Origin: Daphnia carinata
Taxonomy: Eukaryota
Direction: 5' to 3'
NCBI RefSeq assembly: GCF_022539665.2
Contig: NC_081332.1
Location: 3,534,001-3,598,000, forward strand
Length of the DNA: 64,000 nucleotides
Below, one piece after another: positions 22,847-37,300 of the stretch (positions are counted from its first letter, which is position 1; each line of letters starts with the position of its first letter). Under the pieces are notes generated by a model that worked only from the letters and a program-made list of their open reading frames with translations, had not been told where the DNA came from and made no database searches. Both the position numbers and the translations under genes were made by a program.

Positions 22847-25800
22847 GCTGTTCCAGCCCTCGCCCAAGTCTATTTACAGAAATAGATGGGAAGAAAAAAA
22901 AAAAAACGAATAAAATTATTTGTTTCATTCAGAACATGATTTTTTTGGTTTTTCGATACATACGCAAGACAAACACGTCGCATTGTTGCCAAATAAATTT
23001 CAAAAACAATGACACCAATGTCATCTGAAGCCATTACATTCAAATATAAAAAAAAAAGGATTCCATTGCCAAAGAGGACGCGTGACTCATCAATACTCTT
23101 TTTCTAAATATTTTGGGCAAAAAGAAAAAATATAATTTTTAGGAAACGGGATCTGTAAAGCCGTTCGGTTAGAAACCCCTCAGGCCGCATGAAAAAAAAA
23201 CCGCAAGAAAAAAAAAATTTGTCATTTCTGTTTTCGCCGAAAAAAAGAGTCTCTAGTCCGCACGATGTCGCAACGTCACACACACATGGAAAGAATTAGA
23301 TGCAGAAAAAAAAAAAACGTTGCGTGAGTGTGTCCACACGGCCTTGATAGCGCATTCCATAATGGCAACGCCGCGTGTTGCCATTGCCCTCATTTTTCTT
23401 TTTTTACACAATATTTTTTATTTAGGAAAAAAAAAAAAAAAGGAGGACCAATGTCAACCAGAGCACCGGTCATCCGGGTGTGTGTAACACACGCGCACGC
23501 AGCTGCGGATCTCCCCCCCCCCCCTCTCATCACAGACTCTTTGCCGATGCTAATCGATCAATACGGCGAAAACTGTGCGATCCCGCGGAGAAAATCCGCA
23601 GGGCATCCAGTGAGTGTGTGTGTCCCCCTCCTCCCCACTCTTCGTATCGCCAATTAAATTCTCTCTCTCTCCTCCCTCATCCATCGGTAAGCAAAAACCG
23701 GAGCAGCAGGAACAAGAAATTTTTCGAGGGGAGGGCAGCCACCCTCCCCAAAATGGCCGACCTTTCTGAAACTTACGACTTTTTTTTTTTTTTTTTTCAA
23801 ATAAAAATTTTTCGAAAAACGAAATAAAAAAAAAAACCGGTTTGACTCGTTCCATCCAGCCCCAAAATGTCCTTGCACAGATGTACAAAAAAGAAAAAAA
23901 AAAATGGCGAGACTCCACCCAAAGGCCTAGAGGGTCCAACTTGCGAGAAAATTGTACATAATTCGAATAAGATTTCATTTTTCAAAGAAAAAGACAATTT
24001 AAATTTTTAAAAAACCTGCCCATTTTAAGAGCGCAAGTTTGAAATTAATGGAGTGAGGGACAGTTGGGAGTAAAGCGTGGAGCAAACTATCCGCGTGATT
24101 AAGGGGAATAGATGAAAACTCGTGTGTGTCAGGGGGGCTGTTAATGATTCGTGCTCCTTTTGTCCCGTCAAAATCACATTAACAAGACAATGATAATGGC
24201 ACACATCTCCTCGTGTCCTTTAGGAGTAGCTTTTTCATAATGAACTGTCCGCTGCATGTTCTCTTCTATTTGACTTCAATTACAAAAAAAAAACTCGAAA
24301 CTTTTTTTAATTCGTTTTTTTTGTTTTGTTTTAAGGTTTGTTGGATCGATAGAAACGCAGCCATTCGGACATGTCTTGTTTTTTATAGCACAACAACTCA
24401 CGGTATAGACGCAAAAACGTTATAGGTAATTGCCATCAAAAATATGTGGGGCTTAGTGACACGCGATAGTTGAATGCAAAAGACGTTCGATATTTGACAA
24501 GTCCCTGACAAACATTCACCCCTTTAACATTTTCGTTTAAGACTTTTTGTGGGGGATGAAATCAAAGGGGGGGGGGTAGCAACAGAGTCACGAAAACGTG
24601 AAATTTTTCGAAAACTGAAATGCGTGAAAGTGTTGCGAAGGAATAAAAGAAAAACTCACATTGACTGGTAAGTGATTGATGATGCTGCAGACCACACACA
24701 CAGAGCACCGGTCACACAAACACACACACACAAAAAGGGGGGAATGTTCGGCGGGACGGTTCACGAATAAGAAAATTCACACAATTGAAAAATATATATC
24801 GAAATATTTTAAAAACAAAATAACCAGTTCAATTTTCTCGGCGGCGCAAAAAAAAAAAAAAACTTAGAAAAATGAAACAAAAAGCAAATTGCGGCAATCG
24901 ATTCACAAAACAATAGTTTGCGTGAAGCCGGTCGGCCGAGGTCGAACAGGCTGAGCTGCGGCCGTGCGCGGCTGCCGCTGCAGCCACATGAGACACCGCC
25001 TAGTCGGGGCCGTGGTGCGCGCCATTCTGCGGGCCCAAAATGGCGGAAATTCGCAGTACCCACAACAGTCACGGCGACTTACTCTGAAAGCACAAGAAAC
25101 TTCTCAAACAACCGACTCCTCTCTCTCTCTCTCTCTTGTCTCTCACATACCAAACTTTTGCCGAGGGGAAGGAGGAGGGAGAGGCAAAGTAGGAGCAAGC
25201 GCGAGACTCGCTCCCGCGAAAAAAAAAAAAAAAATTAAAATCCCATTTTTTTTTTTTTTTTATTTATTCCCGAAAAAAAAAAAATCGGAGGGAGAGAAAG
25301 AACCCTTGGCTACTCTTTCGCAGAGAAATAAAAAAAAAGGGAGGGGAAGGCGCGCATTTTTTTTTTTTTTTTAACATGTGCCCTTCGTGCGTGCTCGCCA
25401 AAGCTGCACTCACGCGACGGGGTGGTGGGAGTTCCTCCCGTTTTTTTTTTTTTTCTTAAGGGAGGCGGATTGGACTCGGTTTTTTGTGTCTCGGTCTAAT
25501 GTCTAAACCCCCTCTGCTGTATACAACCAGTTTTTCTGGTTTTTTTCAACGTACAAGGGACATGACAGTGCTGCGCTCTACCCAAACAGTGGTATAACCT
25601 TCAAATTATATATTTTGGCTGAATGTTTTTTTTTGTATTTTTTTTTTGTACATTTCCTTCTTATCGCGACCCGTCGTTTTTTTGTTTTTTTCTTGTGAAA
25701 AAAAAAATTAGTTTTGGGAGGAGCCTAGAAACCGGTTGATCTCTTTTTTTTCGGGGAGGGTGGGGAGGATGTTTTTTTTTCAGTTTTACTTTTCACGTCG

Positions 25801-26003
25801 TTTGGACAGCACACAAGGCAATTGAAAAAAAAAAAAAAACGCGTGTCAAACAAAGATGGCGATGACAACTCAGACATTTAAAGAGGCCTCTTTTTTTTTT
25901 TTTTTACCACAACATTCGTGACCCGCGTGGCATTCGTAAACAGACAAACGAAGAAACTTGGAGGGAAAAAAGAAATAAAAACAAAATGAGAGCAAAAACT
26001 TAC

Positions 26004-26390
26004 CGTGTTACATTCGACACGAGCGGGAGCCAGATTGGCGGATTTTTGGCCAACTTTTTTTCTTTTTTTTTCGGTCGCGTTCGGTTTTCCCGGTTTTCTT
26101 CTTCTCGTTGGACGAGATCAAAAAAAACCGCACACACTTGCAAATAAAATCAACGAATTTCCTCCTCTTCAAATTTTCAATGTTGCCTTTTTTGATTTCA
26201 AATTTAACGTCAATGGTTGACGACTGTGTTTGCACATCAAATTGATTTCGCCATCCGAAAACAAAAGCAGAACGAAGACAAAACACGAAAAATCAACGAA
26301 TTTTTCGTCGTCGTTGGATGGACAACATTTGAGAGAGGCCTAGTGGCGCCACCGCCGCAACCCCGGGGAACGAGATAATTCTCTCTACTG
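26004..26390 (-). promoter_or_regulatory. Candidate mamo promoter and non-coding 5' exon
   Basis: Strong minus-strand donor ACG|GTAAGT at 26003. An Inr-like TCAGT overlapping a CCAAT lies at ~26387-26395 on the minus strand. The BTB exon has an acceptor at 22870, so an upstream exon is required. The 5' boundary is a guess. Confidence 0.4.
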
Positions 26391-26680
26391 ATTGGCTAGC
26401 TGCTGCTGCCTTGTGTTGTTTCTTGTTGCTCCCGACCGACCCATGTGTGTCGTCGCCGTGCGGGAGTCGACTCTTTTTAAAACAGCCTCACAGACACACA
26501 CACACACAGACGCACTCACTCACACTGGCCGATAAAATTGGCAGACATAACCCAAAAAAAAAAAAAAGAATTCGAAATAAAATTTTCGCAGACACACGCA
26601 GACACACTCGGCGAAAATAAAATCCTTGAGACAAAAAAACGCACCAAATCACTCACACACGCCGGTGGTGGTGATGGTGG

Positions 26681-26713
<33 letters not shown>

Positions 26714-28273
26714 AGAAGGTGAAATAATCACACACTCGAAATTTCTTTCTTGGCAATTCTTCAAAAATCACATGGCAAAAAAACGAAAAAAAAAAAAAGA
26801 AAGAAAATGATGTTGTTCTTCTTTCTTTTTTTAGGGGGACAAGTTTTCGCACACACTCGTTTTAAAATTAAAACAATTGATAAACCACGTTTTTTCTTTT
26901 TCTTGTCACGTCTCGTGTGTGTGTGTGTGTGTGTGCTGTGTATTCACGTTCTTGTGGCGTCTGCGTGTGTCTGTTGCAGCAGAGTTGACACGACACGACT
27001 TTTTTGTTTCTGTCCCGCACTCTCTCACCACCGGCCGAGTTTTTCGTTGAGACTGACGAGGCCGCCCGTCGACCGACCGGAGAAAAAGGCGTGCGGCGGT
27101 GGCGGCAATGGCGATTCTCCCGCCCATCTTTCCCAACCCGGCCCCCCCCCTTTCCTCTTTCTCACTTGAAAAAAAAAAAAAATAAAGTTTTTTGGCAGTG
27201 CTGTAATGGCAACCCTACCAACCCACCTCCTTCTTCAAACCACCCTCCTTTTTTTTTTTTTTTGAAGTGTTCGGGCCTGTGCAGGGGCAAAAAGGGGTGG
27301 TAGAGGCTCTGCCACCAGGCGGCAGCATTTGCGGCTCGAGATTTTTTCATCCCATCAAACAAATTTGGGAAAAGGAGGCGGAGTCTGCAAAACAGGGTTC
27401 TTGCCTTGCCTCTGTTTCTCAGTTCGTTTTTCACGCTCATCAGTTCTTTTGCCGTTTTCGCTTTTCAATCCTTTTTTTATTTTTCAGCATCATCGGGCAT
27501 CGTGAAAAAAAGGATTATTCAAACGAAAGGAAGTGGAGATGAAACGATGCCCTAGGCCAAAAATGGCAACACGGGAAGCCTCACGCATAGGCCCAGCAAC
27601 AGACTGTGGAACTATACACAACATTCAAACGTGAGACACACGAAACACACACTCGCGAATAAAAATGGCGGGTGGGGCTATCATTTTTCAAAAAAATAAA
27701 GCAACAAATAAAATTAAATAAAAACAAAAATGCAAATAAAAAACAAAACCGAGTTGGGTTCGAGTTGCAAACCGCTGCAAGGCGTGATTGAGGTTCATGT
27801 GGTTTGTTTCGTGCTGCAACTATTTGGTAAGAGGAAAAAAAAACAAATGCTTCACTAGGCCGACAATATCGTTATCTTTTCGAATCCAATGCATTCGAAT
27901 TTATCCGTTTGTTCACCAACAACGTGTTACGCAATCCATTTTTTGTTCATTGTTGATTACATTTTTTTGCCGCCAAAATGTTCAGTAGCAGACATCTTTG
28001 GAGTGCTCTCTCGCTTAGACAGTAAGGCCATGCTTGATTTTTTCGAACGAATATTTTTCTGAAGAAATATTTAAATTAAAAGCTGCCTTGGAAACACGAC
28101 TACCGACCGGACGGGCAAGTCAAGAAGTGTGTGCACGCGGGAATAGAAGACGTGTGTTGCCAAGGGAGGAGAAATAAAGAGAGACCGACGGATACACTTT
28201 TCGTTTACACAATTCTTTCAGAAAAAAAATGGAATTAAAATTTTATTTTTTTGCAACTGTTTATATTTTTAGA

Positions 28274-28302
28274 GTATCGATTCGTGTATCAATACATCGA
28301 TT
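28274..28302. promoter_or_regulatory. Cluster of DRE-like (TATCGATA) elements; possible distal promoter
   Basis: TATCGATT, TATCAATA and CATCGATT occur within 30 bp. Confidence 0.3.
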
Positions 28303-31300
28303 ATTAACACGAGCACCGTTGTGGCAGATCAAAATTTAGCAAATTCAATTTCGCTACCAGAGGGTATTAAAATTCATTTCTTGAAATGAAATCGTCATAA
28401 CTGTTGATATACAATTTCAATGGGCCCTCTAAAGAATCAACGTTAGTTAAGGGAGGTAAAATCCAAAGGCTTGGAGAGTCCCACTTGTTCAAATTCCACG
28501 AAAGTTTCGAATACACGTGAAGAACCGGTCGATCAGTCACTGGAAACGAACACAAAATTACAATAAAAAAATAGAAATTGTTGGTGTAACGATTCGTGCG
28601 TGTCATCACACAGACGAGTGGCACAGCAAAATTAGGCCTAACAGTTACGATAATTTGTTTTTAGAAATTAGGAAAAGAAAGAGGAGAATTGAACGCCATT
28701 TCTCTGCCGGGGGTAAACATGTCGAGACGCGTTTTGTCACATTTGACCTTGACAACCCAACACGAAGAAATTTGAAAAAGAACCAGAAAAAACACGTGTC
28801 ATATGGGAAAAAGTGTCAGGCCTTCATAATAAAACTGCAGTAAAAGTTTATGGTAATTAATCAGGTGGCCGACTTTCGATTTTCTTCTCATTTGAATATG
28901 CCTACTTAAAACGATTTTTTTTGGTGAAGATGTTGTTGACATTTGTTTACCATGCCCCTTTCACTTCATCATGTCAAGGCTGTTGGTTACCCCTTCCTAT
29001 GTAATTTAAATATTTTTTGTTTTTCAAGATGAAAAATGTTTTAATTTTGGCGGGTAAAAAAAGAAAGGAGAAATCATCCCACCCCTTTCACTGTTGGTGG
29101 TTGTATATAAAAACAAAAAAACAAGATACATACACAGCATTTCCGCCATTCTTTTGTTTCCCATGTCAATCACGGTCGGGTCAGAGGGGGCCTCCCGCTT
29201 GATTGCCAACTGCTACCGAAGAGAAAGTTGAGCTCCATATAACTCTTTTTTTCATTTGAAGTAACCCTAAATTTGTTTTGTTTTAATTTCAATAGCTCGA
29301 AATGATGACTTCCTTTCGTATGCATCACGGAAGCAACGACAAAATTTTTTTTTTTAATGAATTCTATTTTCTTTAAAAAATCTTTGATTTTTCTACTTCT
29401 ATTAAAATGCTGTTTTCTTGAAAAGAAAATGGACGGGGTACGAAACGACCATCATAAAAAGTATACCAATAACACACAGCCGCCGCTGTGTAAATAATGG
29501 CCCTTAAATTTTTTTTCCTAAAAAACAGAAAAGAAAAAAAATTTACTTTCACGCAAAATCTTGCCCAACATTTTAGTTGATAGGGCAGTCGATTTCTTTC
29601 ATGCTAATAACCCAAATAAATTAAAGAAAACAGGATGAAATCTGTACGAAATCAGGTCACACGCGGGGGATTTGCGACCAACATCAACCGGACGAAAAAA
29701 GAAAGATCTAAGAAAATTAGAATTCATAAAATAAAATGCGGGTTAAAGGAAGAAGGTCACGTGTGCCGCGTGATCGCCATCAGGCCTGTTTGCCAGTTTT
29801 TTTAATAATCATTTTTATCTCTTCATTTTTTTTTTCTAACCTTGAAAACCATTTCTATCACTTTTCCCTTTTTAGCAAAAACAAATTTTGATCCAAAATT
29901 CATTTCACTAAACAGGGACATCGAGAGGTTAGATAAGGAAAACAGATTTTTTTTTCAGGTTTATTTTCGCTAAATTATTCGTTTTTTTTCAAAGAGGGGA
30001 ACTGGTTAGAAAAGAAACAGGCACAAAAATTGTTTGAAAAGACAAAAAAAGGGAGTGCCAGCGGGAGCGACCTCTGAGTGCAAAAAAAAGCCACAACCAA
30101 GAAAAAAAAAAGGAGAGAAAAAAAGACAGTGTCCTTTTAAAGTCAAATAAACATGTGCACGTAGTCCACACACACGCAATCTGCGTCTGCTATTGGCGAA
30201 AAAAAAGAACAGCCCAGGCTGTCTGAGGAAGAACACAAAAACGGTGGAAAAACTTTGGACTTTAGTGACACGATTGCATCAGAAGACTTTCAAACGATCT
30301 GATGCTAATCAGCTCAAAATGTATTTAAAAGATTGAGATGAAGAGAGGGAAAAAAAAATGTATATTGTGAACGAAGAAGCAAGAGGAGGAGAAAGGGGAA
30401 TCAAGTTTCGTCTGCTCGACAGCTGCCGTTGTCCAGGAACCCAAAACAAAAAAATTGAAACTATTTCTTTTTTTTTTTTTGCTTTTGTAGGCTACTATAT
30501 TTATACCGCGCACAGATATTTGAGTAGGCAAACGTAAATTTCAAAAAAGAGGTATTTTTAATTAATTAATTTTGTTTGAATCACCATACGAAATAGGCTA
30601 ATTCAGTTCCCTTTTGTGGGATGGCGAGGTTCAATACGAAATGTCAAAGATTGTCAGACTTTTCCTTAAGGATTATGTCATTGCATTAAGGATAAAAAAG
30701 ATTATACATTTCCTAAAGGTAAACACACAAAAAAATAACGGCAATAAAGAAATAGAAAACAATGCGAAAATCAAAAAGGGGCCGGCCATGTCCACTAGCA
30801 AAGTGACTTCTTTTTTTGGCAAATACAGAAAAAGGAAAATAAAAAAAAAAGTCCTTTCTTTTTTTTTAAATTCCCAATTTGGTTAGCACTTTTGCAGATT
30901 TTTTCCCTGGGCTTGGTCCTGTTTTCTACCTGGACAGCCTATATAACCTCAGGGTAACTAAAATAAATCTAAAACAAACGAAAAAATTATTTATTGGATC
31001 ATTTCCCACAAATAAAATGTTAAAGAATGTTACCTTTAATGCCGATATATATATATATATATATAATAATATAGGCATTTCTTTTTTTTCACATTTTTTT
31101 GGGATAAAGATTTCTGAGCCTGGACGCCGGTTGGCTGTTGCTGGGCGAATTCACTGCCAGAGGCGCTCTCCTTTTTTTTTTCCTTTTTTTTTCCTTTTCC
31201 TACGTGTGTGTTACAAGTATGACTCCGCCCTCTACAATTCCCAACGGACAAGACGACGGCCTTGTTATATAAGTTTTATAAGACAATCAGGGCAAACACA

Positions 31301-34300
31301 GCAAGCCCTTCTAACGGAACATCACACAGCAGAAGACAACAACAAAAAGACATTGCATTATTTTTTTTTTTTACTTCAAAATAAAATCGAGAAAAAAAAA
31401 CTGTTAAGACTCGATCTATTGGTTCATTTGCATATAATTTGAATACGCATTCCCACGCAACAATATAAATGAACCCTCCATCCGACAGTAGATGAAGAAA
31501 AAAAATCAGTGGGAACAGGCGATCAGTTTTTTTTTGGTGGGGGGGTAATATAAAAGACTCAACTTGCATAAAATACCCCCCAAAAAAATTAGCAAAAAAA
31601 AAAAGAAAAAAAAACTGTAAAAAGAGCTGTACCCGGAATACATTAGTCTGTTCTACGTGCATAATGATGAGGGAGGGGGCAAAAGGGTTGCATGGGTAAA
31701 TGCAATATAAGAAAGAGAGAAAGACGAACGCACTTTTTTCCTTTTTTTACATGGCGTCTAGTCGTGTTATTGTCATCTGCGCGCTCGTTATTATTTATTT
31801 GGCTCAAGAAAGGAGAATACCATGCAGATTATAATGACAGTTAGCGTATCCATATACATCCCCCCTCTTTTCCTCGCATGCATTTTTTCTTTTTAAAGTG
31901 ACCCTCTCTAATTTTTTTGCTGCTATAATTTAAATATCAAGGCGCATATAAAAAATAGGATGAAAATTGAAAAAAAAAAAAAAAGAGTTGTATAAATGTA
32001 TAAGAGAAAATGATGCTCTTACTACATACCACGCAAATGTAACAACCATTATAATAAAAAAAAAGGGGGGGGGGGGGAAGAGAAGAAACACAAAAGATCG
32101 GCGGATTGTTGGCCTAAATATACCGCACAGAGGCAGCAGCAGCAGCAGCCGGTATATAGAGTATACATATTTTTTTTGCTTGCTTCCTGCTGTATATTTA
32201 TATATACATGTGTGTGTGTGTTAGTGGATACACTGCTATATATATGACCGCGTGAATGAGAAGCCAAGCTCGGCCAACTGGGAGCCAAACAAGCGGGGGG
32301 TTGAGTCATCGTCGTGGCATAATAAGCATTTTCATGACGCAACCACTCACACACACGTAATCAATTTATATACAACTATTATTTTCATTTGGCAAGAGAT
32401 GATTTTCCTAGTGAATTGTTCGCACTTCGAATGTTGTTCTTTTGCAAAATCTCGTTGTGAAATATTAAACTTTTATTTTGTTGAAGTCTTTTGTTTTGTT
32501 TTATGTTGACGACCTGTTGGCAATTTCTTTTTTCGCAAAAAAGAAAAGCTGTAAATGTTTTTTTTTTTAGCCATTAAAAAAAAACAGCAAACAATAATCG
32601 TAATATACGGTCTGTCGTTTCAAATAAATTTGCAAGCATTTTTAAAAGGACAACAAAGAATGGCCTGTGTGTTATATGGCCACACACAAAGTCTAGCCTA
32701 TATGCACACAATGTATAATTTTTACGTTGATGTGTACACACTCGCTTATATATGTATACAAAAAAAATTACATTTTTCTGCCAGTCTTTTATGCGTTTAA
32801 TTTTTTTAACCTAAAAAAAGGCGAGTTTATGTAGGCCTTCATTCATTCGTTATCGGATGGAGGACGTCGGTTGACGTCCAATCTCCCTGGCAATGTCACG
32901 TAACGATTTATTATCCTTTCTTTTGTTCCTTCTTTTTCTCGCTATATTACCTAACCTTGTCTCCATCTCTTGGTGAGTCTACTTCTAATCTCAATAAATC
33001 TATCAAACTTTTTTTTTTTGTTCACTTTTATTGCTGCTATATTCTCTACTAGTTGGAAATGGACACTTGCAATTTCAAATGTCGTCCATTTGTTTATTTC
33101 CGCCGTTTATTTTTTACATTTCAGTCGCCACACGTCAACAATGTTATGAATAATCAAAAAGGCGTGTAGAAAAAAAAAAAATATTGACAGAAAAAATTTT
33201 CTTTTGAGGTAAGGGGGTATAGAATTCCGGAACTGCGTTTAACCGCCACGTGAGACAACCGGAAGGTTCTATTGAATTATTCGATCAACAATGGCGGTAA
33301 AATATTTAAATGTTAAACCCGAGAACGCCGCTTTTTTTTCTTTTTTGTTTATAAGGAAAATAAAAAAAAAAAAATATATGACAAACGAACAACTGGATGG
33401 TCGTGTATAGAAGGAGAAGAGAACTTTATCCGTTGAAATCGCATTCCATGTCCCTCCTTTTTTTTTAATTCTAAATTGCGCTCGGCATTTTTTTTTTTTA
33501 TGAATAAAAAAAAAGCTTTTCACGAAAAGACGCGTTCGATTTTTTGTTTGTTGCTCCCTTTTTCGGATCCATGTTGTTCTCTTCAAATGAGAGGGGGATG
33601 GACCCTTCAAAGTTTTTCTCGTAATTCTTTATAATCAAAAAGAAAAGGGGTGGCCAAGGATTGGATATATACTCCTACTTTTTTAATGGAACATTCCATA
33701 GACGACATTTCATTTTCAAAAACTGGAACTGAATACCTTTCCCCTCCTCACTCCTCTTACCCCTTGCGATGGAAAAAGCGACGGACACGATATAAGAGAG
33801 AAAAAAAAACACAAGAAGACTTTGTTCTTTTGACGAAAGCGGAAGAAGAAAATTCTTTTGGCCCTCATTTGAAAATTTGAATATTCAACCTATTGTTCTG
33901 TCTAACGACTAAAACGATTTTCTATCAAAAAAAAATTTTGGGAGTTACGAAGAGGGGAACGGCTGTGAGATGAACATCAGAGAAACTGGTCCACCTTTTT
34001 CCGTTTTTAATCACGCGTGTAATCATCAATAGAAAAAATATATGTACAGGGAGGGCGCGACTATAGACCTATTATAAGACCGGTTTTGCATATGCCGGAC
34101 TAGTAGACCTATCTAGTCCGGCCTATTGTTGTTTATTCCCCCCTCCGTTGGGCATGTAATGCGCAACCACCACGTTAACGGTGGGTTACTCTTTTGATGG
34201 CTCTTTTTTTTTCAATTGTGCATACAGAGGCTCAGCTTCAATAATTTTTTTAGAAGACGGACAATGAACAATCAAGTTTCATACGGCGTAAAATTTGTAT

Positions 34301-37300
34301 TGCCCATGTCCATCTCATGATGGTCGAATTAAAGTGTTGCGTAACCCCTCGTGTGAATGGTGACTGTTGGACATTGATGAAAAACAGGTTTTGCAGCTTG
34401 GCAACGCTGGATTTGAATAAAAAATGAATAGGCGTACTGCTGTGAATTAACATCTGAAACCATTTTCGCGCGAATAAATAATATTATTAAATTTTCTTGG
34501 TACAAAAAAAACGAAAATTCATGGAATTGGCAGCGTTGGGCGTTCATCTTTTTTGACGACATTTTTAAGTGTCTGCCTTTTTATTCAAGGTGATCCAGTT
34601 TTGTTAATTGCCCTTTTCCGTTCGGTTTGATGTAAATAAATTTTCCAAGAAATTAGTGATTTTTACCTCCCCCAGACAGACGAAATTGCGAAAATCAAAA
34701 AAAAAAATAGAATGTTATCGTCTGGCAATGTCTCTGCGCAGAAATGACGGAATCCAATTTTGAATATCAATTTGCTCTAGCAAACCACCCCCCTCCAAAA
34801 AAAACGTCATCACACAATTTCTTCGTATTACTTGGAAAGGCGTTTGTTCTATCCAAAGTCATCTGCGTATGTTAAACAGACATTGAATCACTTGTTTTTT
34901 ATCGTTACGAAAAAGAAAAAAGGCACAAAACTACGCTGTGTGTATATATAAATACAATAGAATACTATATATGTCCAAATACCAAAAAAAAATGTTCTAT
35001 TCTAAATAAGCAAATGGAAAACAAGTGGGCGAATAAATAAAACAAGCACGGTATTTGGCTAAACAGCACTAATAAGGTGATTGGGATGTCGTCAAGGTCG
35101 ATTTTTCTTTTCTTCACGTGCATAAACTACCAGCATCGCGGTCGAAGGCTGTGCATGCTACCATTATCAGTTTCTTCCCAAATGCGGACATGAAAAAAAA
35201 AAAAACGAATGACGAAAATAAAAATAAAAAATAAAACAAATTTTGAAAAAATGACAACGCCGCACAACAATTTTCACGAATGGCGGGATGAATATTTAAA
35301 GAAAGAAACTAAAAATGAGGTAACGATTCGTAAAATTTAAATTAAATACATTTCGCTTGGTTTATTTAGTTGTGGGGACAACGAAAAATGCCGGTAAAAT
35401 AAATCTGCCGGTTGCCAACTGAGAGGAAATAAAATCAAACAGATAAGAGGGGGCAGCAGCAGCAGTACATAGGAAAAGACGAAAAAAAAGGCCCATAAAA
35501 ATGTCCAGCTCTAACTGCACACACTCGAATGTCTCGAACGCAAAAAAAAAAGATGGTGGTGGTATATAGTGGTCGATATCGCCGTTGCTATTGCGTCAGA
35601 GTCGACAAAATCTTCTATATCCGCCATTTGCTGAGTGTGTGTGTGTGTGTCGTCCTCGTTGCGTCTCCTTTTTTTTTTGCAATTCCCTTTTTTTCCCTGC
35701 TATTTCCTTCCCCTAATTTTCTTTTTTTTTCGTGAGTGTGTGTCCCTCCCTTCTAGCCCGGCAACCACAAACGCCTGTATAAGTTGCTGGCCGAGATGTT
35801 TTAGCTCCTCCCTTCCCCGTGTGTGTGTGTTATCCCCGTCGGTCCATATCCTATTCGCAGCAGTCGACGACACATCGATCGGCTGATAAATAAATTCCGC
35901 AACTGATGCAGCCGCAGAGCCCATGCATTTATAGCTCTCCCCTCCCCCCCGCTTCCTTGTGTCGCTCTCTCTCTCTCTCTTATATAGCTCTATATACATA
36001 TACATAAAATGAGAAAAAGGAGGGGGGGGGATATTTTTCTTTTTTTTTCCCAGGGACTGGTGATGTAGACATACTTCGGGAGAGTGGGTTTTATATATAA
36101 GGACCGCACAAAGTCAGTTGCAGCATCCATCCATTCAACCGCCCGATAAATGGCCTGCGAAAAAAAAATGGCCGACTGCGAGAGAGTAAGTTCATCGAGT
36201 CCAAAACTGTTTCTTACGTCTACTATGGTTGGAAATATATATTTTTTTTGTTTTAAGAAAAAGAAAATATTCATTTCTTTTTTGTTGGATAGCCCATGGC
36301 GCTATTTGCCCGTGTGATGTCATATACGATAACAATAGACTAGAGTATGCTGTTTGCTTTATAGATCCCTTTCTGTGTTTAGATCACTTTTGAATAGACC
36401 CACGAGAAAAATAATAAAAGAACATTGATCTTGGCATTATATTCTATTGGCATGTCTACATCAGAATTGCATTCGTTTGCATATTGGGTGTATGGCGTGG
36501 CTTTTTACCTAGGCAACAACGCTACCGTTGTATGCCGATCTCTTTCGCTTATAAGCAGGTATCGATTTCAGCGAAATTTTTCTACGAATTGTTTTTTTTT
36601 AGAAGAAAAAAAAAGAAAATTGAATCGCTCTGCAGTTGATTTAGTCTCCCCATTCTCTGAACAAAAATGGGTATTCAAGAAATACATTCGGTATTCATAG
36701 CTCTAAAATCCAGAAAAAAAGCACACACAAAGTAGAAATGGAGAAAAGGAGCTTTTTTTCTTTTCCTTGAATAGAGAATCATTTCGTCTGCGTTGCGTGG
36801 CTATCCCCTTTACTGAGCTCGTCATCTATTTGAATGATTTCACATCGAAGGACGAGAGCCTCTTTTTATTTATGACTCTCATTGCTGAGACGCCTCACTT
36901 TATATCGTTTCTATGCAGCATCGATAAAAAAACATTTGCACTGTTTGCCCTAGATGGCCAAAAGCAACGCTGATGGATATAGGCTATACATATCACACGA
37001 GGGAGAAAAGAAGTGGGGAATCCATACAGACGGCAACGTCATTGGCTGCTTTTTCTTTTTTTTTGACGATAAATGCGTTATTTATTTGCTGGCCAAAAAG
37101 ATACAAATCTTCGTGCAGGACAGAGCCTGGGGGATGCACATAGCAACCGGTAATACATGTGCTGACGTGATTGGCAAGAAAGGGAAAGAAAAAACGATTT
37201 TGCGAATTTGATGGTCGGCCATTTTTTTCTGATAACTGGGCGAAAGAAATGAAAATGTCAGCTCTCATGACGACCTATGTTTAATTCGTGATCTTGAATG

